Shown in pieces: positions 60,405 through 64,000 of a stretch of 64,000 bases of DNA; position 1 is the stretch's first letter; each line of letters starts with the position of its first letter. Source of the stretch: Utricularia gibba (Eukaryota > Plantae > Magnoliophyta); the NCBI GenBank assembly GCA_002189035.1, contig CM007989.1, forward strand, positions 1,550,001 to 1,614,000. The letters run 5' to 3'. The notes below the pieces were generated by a model. It was given only the letters and a program-made list of their open reading frames with translations. It was not told the DNA's origin and searched no databases. The position numbers were made by a program, and so were the translations under genes.

Positions 60405-62832
60405 TGAAAACGCTGGTGTGGGGGGTTTGCAGATTCCTACCTGGAAAATTGCTCTGAGAACTTCACCTCGTCTCACATGGTATTGCCCTTCACCTTTAAT
60501 GAAGCTGCTATGTTAATGCCTTTTAGATGACAAGATGTAATGCACTGAAAATAAGGTTATTATGTGCTTAAGAATTCCACGTGATAACACTCCACTTTCT
60601 TCTTTAGATTTTATTTTATTCTTGCCAATGAAATATCTTGAAGCTCTTCTATAAGCAATTTTCTGCTAAATGCTTTCCAGTTATGGTTTCTGGCAGGACA
60701 GGGAAGGATGCTCTTATGATGATATCGAAATTCCTATGTTTGATGATAGGAATAGCTCGAGAGATATTCCTGGAACTTCCAATTCCATCAAAACCTTTTC
60801 CAATAGAGAGGAAGTTTTCTTACCAACAGTGTGTTCAGTTTCCCATTTGGATGAACTTTTGCCTGCTAACGAGTAATGTAGTAGATTAGCTGTAATATTT
60901 TTTGCAGACCCAAGTTGGTTGAATATGTCACAGTTCCTTGACACTTTATTCTCTGTCGTATTAGGTATGACCCGAAAATCAAAACTAGTAACCTTCCAAG
61001 TTCAAGGAAGATAGATCTCACATGGTCAGCAGCCAGTCGGGAAGTGCAGTCATTAGTTCAGCTGAATGAAGTGTCTAAATATTTTTCTGTAATGGAAAAA
61101 CAATCTTATCAAGGTATTGAAAATCACTGCAAAAATGAAATGGGGATGCAATCTGCATGTGTGATTTTTGTTTCTCTTCATTGCTTATCCTTAAACATTT
61201 TCAAATTGTATTCCTATTTGGAAGATATATCCACTTGAAAACATATTGTTCTTGAATGCTTAGTTGCCAATTGAAATATATCTTAGCATACTACACAATG
61301 CTGCAGATGGAGAAGTTGTGGGAACATCAAAATTCAGTAACCATGCCATTAAGAAAGGCCCATCTTTATGTAACACTGACAGCCTAAGAAAATTATCTAA
61401 GATTACTCCAGAGCAAGATGACATTGTAGATGATCTTGATGAAGATGAGGAAAAGTTTTTTGATAGTTCTGATACAATGTTCCATCCAAAAGATATCCAT
61501 CAGCCAGAAGACTCCAGAGAATCACCAGAACCGCGTCACATGCATCATCCTAGTGAACACTCAATGTCTGACTATCTGGACTGTTTCAGAAAGGGGAAGT
61601 CTGGAATAGCAGGGTTGTTCTCTGCTGCCTTCTTAGCTTCAGTTTGTGACTGTATTAGTGTTATCGCTGGAATGGTAACCATAATAGAGGATTATCTGAA
61701 GTATTTCCATTGACTGGTAGGGATCTGGATGATGACGAGCTGGAGGATGCATTAGAGAGTGGATCATCTTCTCCTGTTGATCATGAGGCAAGTAATTGGC
61801 GGGGTATCTCCAAATTCAACAATGATTTTGTTTATGTGCTTATTCACTGACTGATCTCGCTGCTTCAGGATAAGCCGCATGACCTGAATGTAACTATACC
61901 TCTAAGGACCATGAGCGACAAATTTCATGAAGCTTTTGGAACAATGGCTGGTGGCAGTGAGAGATCATGCAGGTGGATGAAGAAATTGTTCCCATTTTGA
62001 AATCGTAAAAGTAGCCATTATCTTTGGTTACTTATTTTAATGTGGAACTTGCAAATCTTACCACAGCGGTATCCATGGACGGCTGCAGCAAGTAATCCAG
62101 AATGAAAAGGATAGGGATATGGAGTTCTTAAAATATGTAGGGACAGAAACCGGTATTAAAGGTAAAATCTGGCTTGTATTCTGTGTTGTATTTTCTAACC
62201 CTGTTAAGAAACTTTCACTTTTTTTCCAGATAAAGAAACAGGCCTTCTAGTAAGAATCATATCCAAGTCTCTGGAAGCAAAGCTAACAGTTTGCTGTTGC
62301 ACTTACTGTGGTGATGAAAATGTATGCCCATGACAAAACTCTCTCTCACACACTTCAGCAGCCACGATTTTTATTTTATGGTTCCTTGTGACGCTTAATG
62401 AAAGGATGTTGCTTGGTTTGTCTCTGCAGGAACATTATACTGAGTACAGAAACTCCCAAGGTAAAACAAAAGATGCACAATCAAGGGCATTGTGCGTCAT
62501 CTTCAACACAAGATTATGCAACAATGTCGAGCTTGATGTAGGAAACTTGATCCGCATACACCATCCCTGGTATGACCAGTTTGATAAACGCAACATAAGC
62601 TGCCCGTTTAGCCAGAAATACATAAACACCCCTGTTCCCTTGTTACTTTCTCTTTAAATGCATTCCACTTAGATGCTTATTCTTTCGAACTCTGATTGCT
62701 TGCCAAGCCTAGCGCTAAACATCTCTCACATCTAAGCACCATTCTGTGACATGCAACAGGAAGGAGGTGCACCCCAAGGCCAAAGGCGAAGTTGTGTATC
62801 TGTGCTCCTACTTTTCACAGGTACACACATAG
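59686..62832 (+). CDS. Multi-exon uncharacterised protein with an acidic N-terminal half and a predicted OB-fold C-terminus (SPIDR/DUF4502-like, see findings); 5' exons tentative
   Basis: Phase-consistent 3' exons: TMSDKFHEAF, SGIHGRLQQVIQNEK (62067-62161), LLVRIISKSLEAKLTVCCCT (62230-62322), LCVIFNTRLC..NLIRIHHPW (62430-62569) and KEV..VVYLCSYFSQVHT* (62760-62832). Confidence 0.75.
60338..60399. repeat. Intronic (CT)n microsatellite, ~30 units
   Basis: Direct reading. Confidence 0.97.
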
Positions 62833-63092
62833 TTGAGAATTTTCAAGGGTGAAAGCTTCATTTCATGGCTGATCGATCTCCTGTTGTCGCTGAGAATACA
62901 CCTATGTGGCCTTCAAATATCTATATATCTTCCATGTTTCAAATATATACCATTAAAGATCTATGATTGAATTCAGGTACGTTATAAATGTTAGAGCATC
63001 ATCTTGTTTAGATGCATCTGTCAGATAGGATTAGATTTGAATGTCCATAAATCATATCATCAAGGAAAATTTATGCCTGGATTATATTATTA

Positions 63093-63297
63093 GAGCATCT
63101 TTATTGATTTTCGAAAATGCTGACATGTATTTTCGTAAATGTTGACATGGTTTTCCGGAAATCAATTTTATTTTTATGGAAATCACTTTTATTTTGTGTT
63201 ATATAATGTGGAAATCATTTTGAGGAAACTCAGTTTCCCTATGGAAACTCAATAACGAAAGCGACGTCATCGTTTACGGAAACGAGTAAAGATGCTC
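63093..63297. mobile_element. Tourist-like MITE (PIF/Harbinger), 205 bp
   Basis: Perfect 11-bp terminal inverted repeat GAGCATCTTTA ... TAAAGATGCTC, flanked on both sides by TTA (63090-63092 and 63298-63300). No coding capacity. Confidence 0.8.
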
Positions 63298-63910
63298 TTA
63301 AGCATTCGTTTGATTCGTGTGGGAGGTGTATTAGTTTCAGTTTTAAATAGAAGTTCATTTGGTTAGCATTAGATACTTAATTAAAATTACTAATACTATC
63401 TCTGATATTTAATTTTGAATTAATTCTATTTTCACGAATATTTCTGTGCTGAGCTTTTTCATTAAATCTGAGTATTTAGTAAAAATATAAAAAATGTGAT
63501 TTAAAAAATATCATATGTAAAATTATCTGAATTTTGATTTAAAATCTGAGTAAATATATAGTGAAAATCTTATTTATTAAATCCGAATATATGAATTTGA
63601 TATCGTGGTTAATATTTGGTTTTAGATGGGGTGTAGGTTGGGTTAATGGAGTGGTTTGCGTGGCAGGCAAGGCGACCGACACTGGTTTTTGCAGTTGGGC
63701 TACGGGGAGGCGGATATTTAGGCTCCTTCCAAGGGTAAAATAGTCTTTTGGGATTATACGTATCTATTCGACGGTTGTATGTATATCCACGCTTCCGCAC
63801 GGCGCACACCCACCATTCCAAGCGATTCGATTCGATCCGATCCGAACCGAAGGCTGAACTCCTCTCCCGGATCGATGCTTCAGCCCTACCTCGATCAGCA
63901 GCGTCCGGAG

Positions 63911-64000
63911 ATGCAGCCGTCGTACGACGACGACGAAGCCGTGAATCACGGTGACAATCTTGTTTCCCCTGCGAACGTTAACATCGATTCCGTCGCTGGA
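63911..64000 (+). CDS. Probable first exon of a gene running off the window; product unknown
   Basis: ATG after a GC-richer leader, open to the window end (MQPSYDDDEAVNHGDNLVSPANVNIDSVAG). Confidence 0.4.
   Translation, partial: MQPSYDDDEAVNHGDNLVSPANVNIDSVAG

Noticed and set aside
1-64000. CRISPR arrays, rRNA, operons or an intact autonomous transposon
   Set aside because: The window is intron-containing plant nuclear DNA. No repeat-spacer array, rRNA signature, or transposase/RT ORF was seen.
1-64000. Most short ORFs in the six-frame track (antisense or off-frame shadows, TTG/GTG-started extensions such as 29682, 45740, 50612, 55202, 59355)
   Set aside because: They overlap recognised genes on the other strand or frame, or extend through promoter and TATA sequence, and carry no recognisable motifs.

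Overview
Plant (eudicot) nuclear DNA, very gene-dense: about 28 short-intron protein-coding genes, one gene remnant and one tRNA in 64 kb. A compact, probably asterid genome is inferred, not shown. Gene order: CYP72A-like P450 (3' part), AlaX-type tRNA-editing protein, SWEET1-like a, AlaX remnant, SWEET1-like b, UGT75-like, OPT4-like, HEMA, MSRB, an uncharacterised gene, SHW1, EVE-domain protein, tRNA-Pro(CGG), ZAT10-like, Cys-rich peptide 1, RPH1, Cys-rich peptide 2, ATG18g/h, GID1, RopGAP, an acidic LFWEACLA-family protein, TLP3-like, an intronless NRPB7, COL13-like, a CC-type glutaredoxin, NdhT, a small conserved protein, CHI, a multi-exon gene whose C-terminus resembles SPIDR, and a partial gene at the right edge. 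Positions ~1.8-12.6 kb are a ~5.4 kb tandem duplication. At least nine single-base deletions, mostly in short homopolymers, break conserved genes and are most likely long-read consensus errors. Best leads: (1) a possible plant SPIDR (Shu-complex scaffold) homologue; (2) two secreted 8-Cys peptides with a GRP3-like frame but no glycine-rich region; (3) both SWEETs lacking the conserved TM7 Asn, lying between a CYP72A and a UGT75; (4) a duplicated, near-perfect CaMV-type as-1 element between the ROXY and COL13 genes; (5) an intronless Pol II-type NRPB7. No CRISPR array, rRNA or intact autonomous transposon was seen. All family assignments come from motif recognition and recollection; no search was run.
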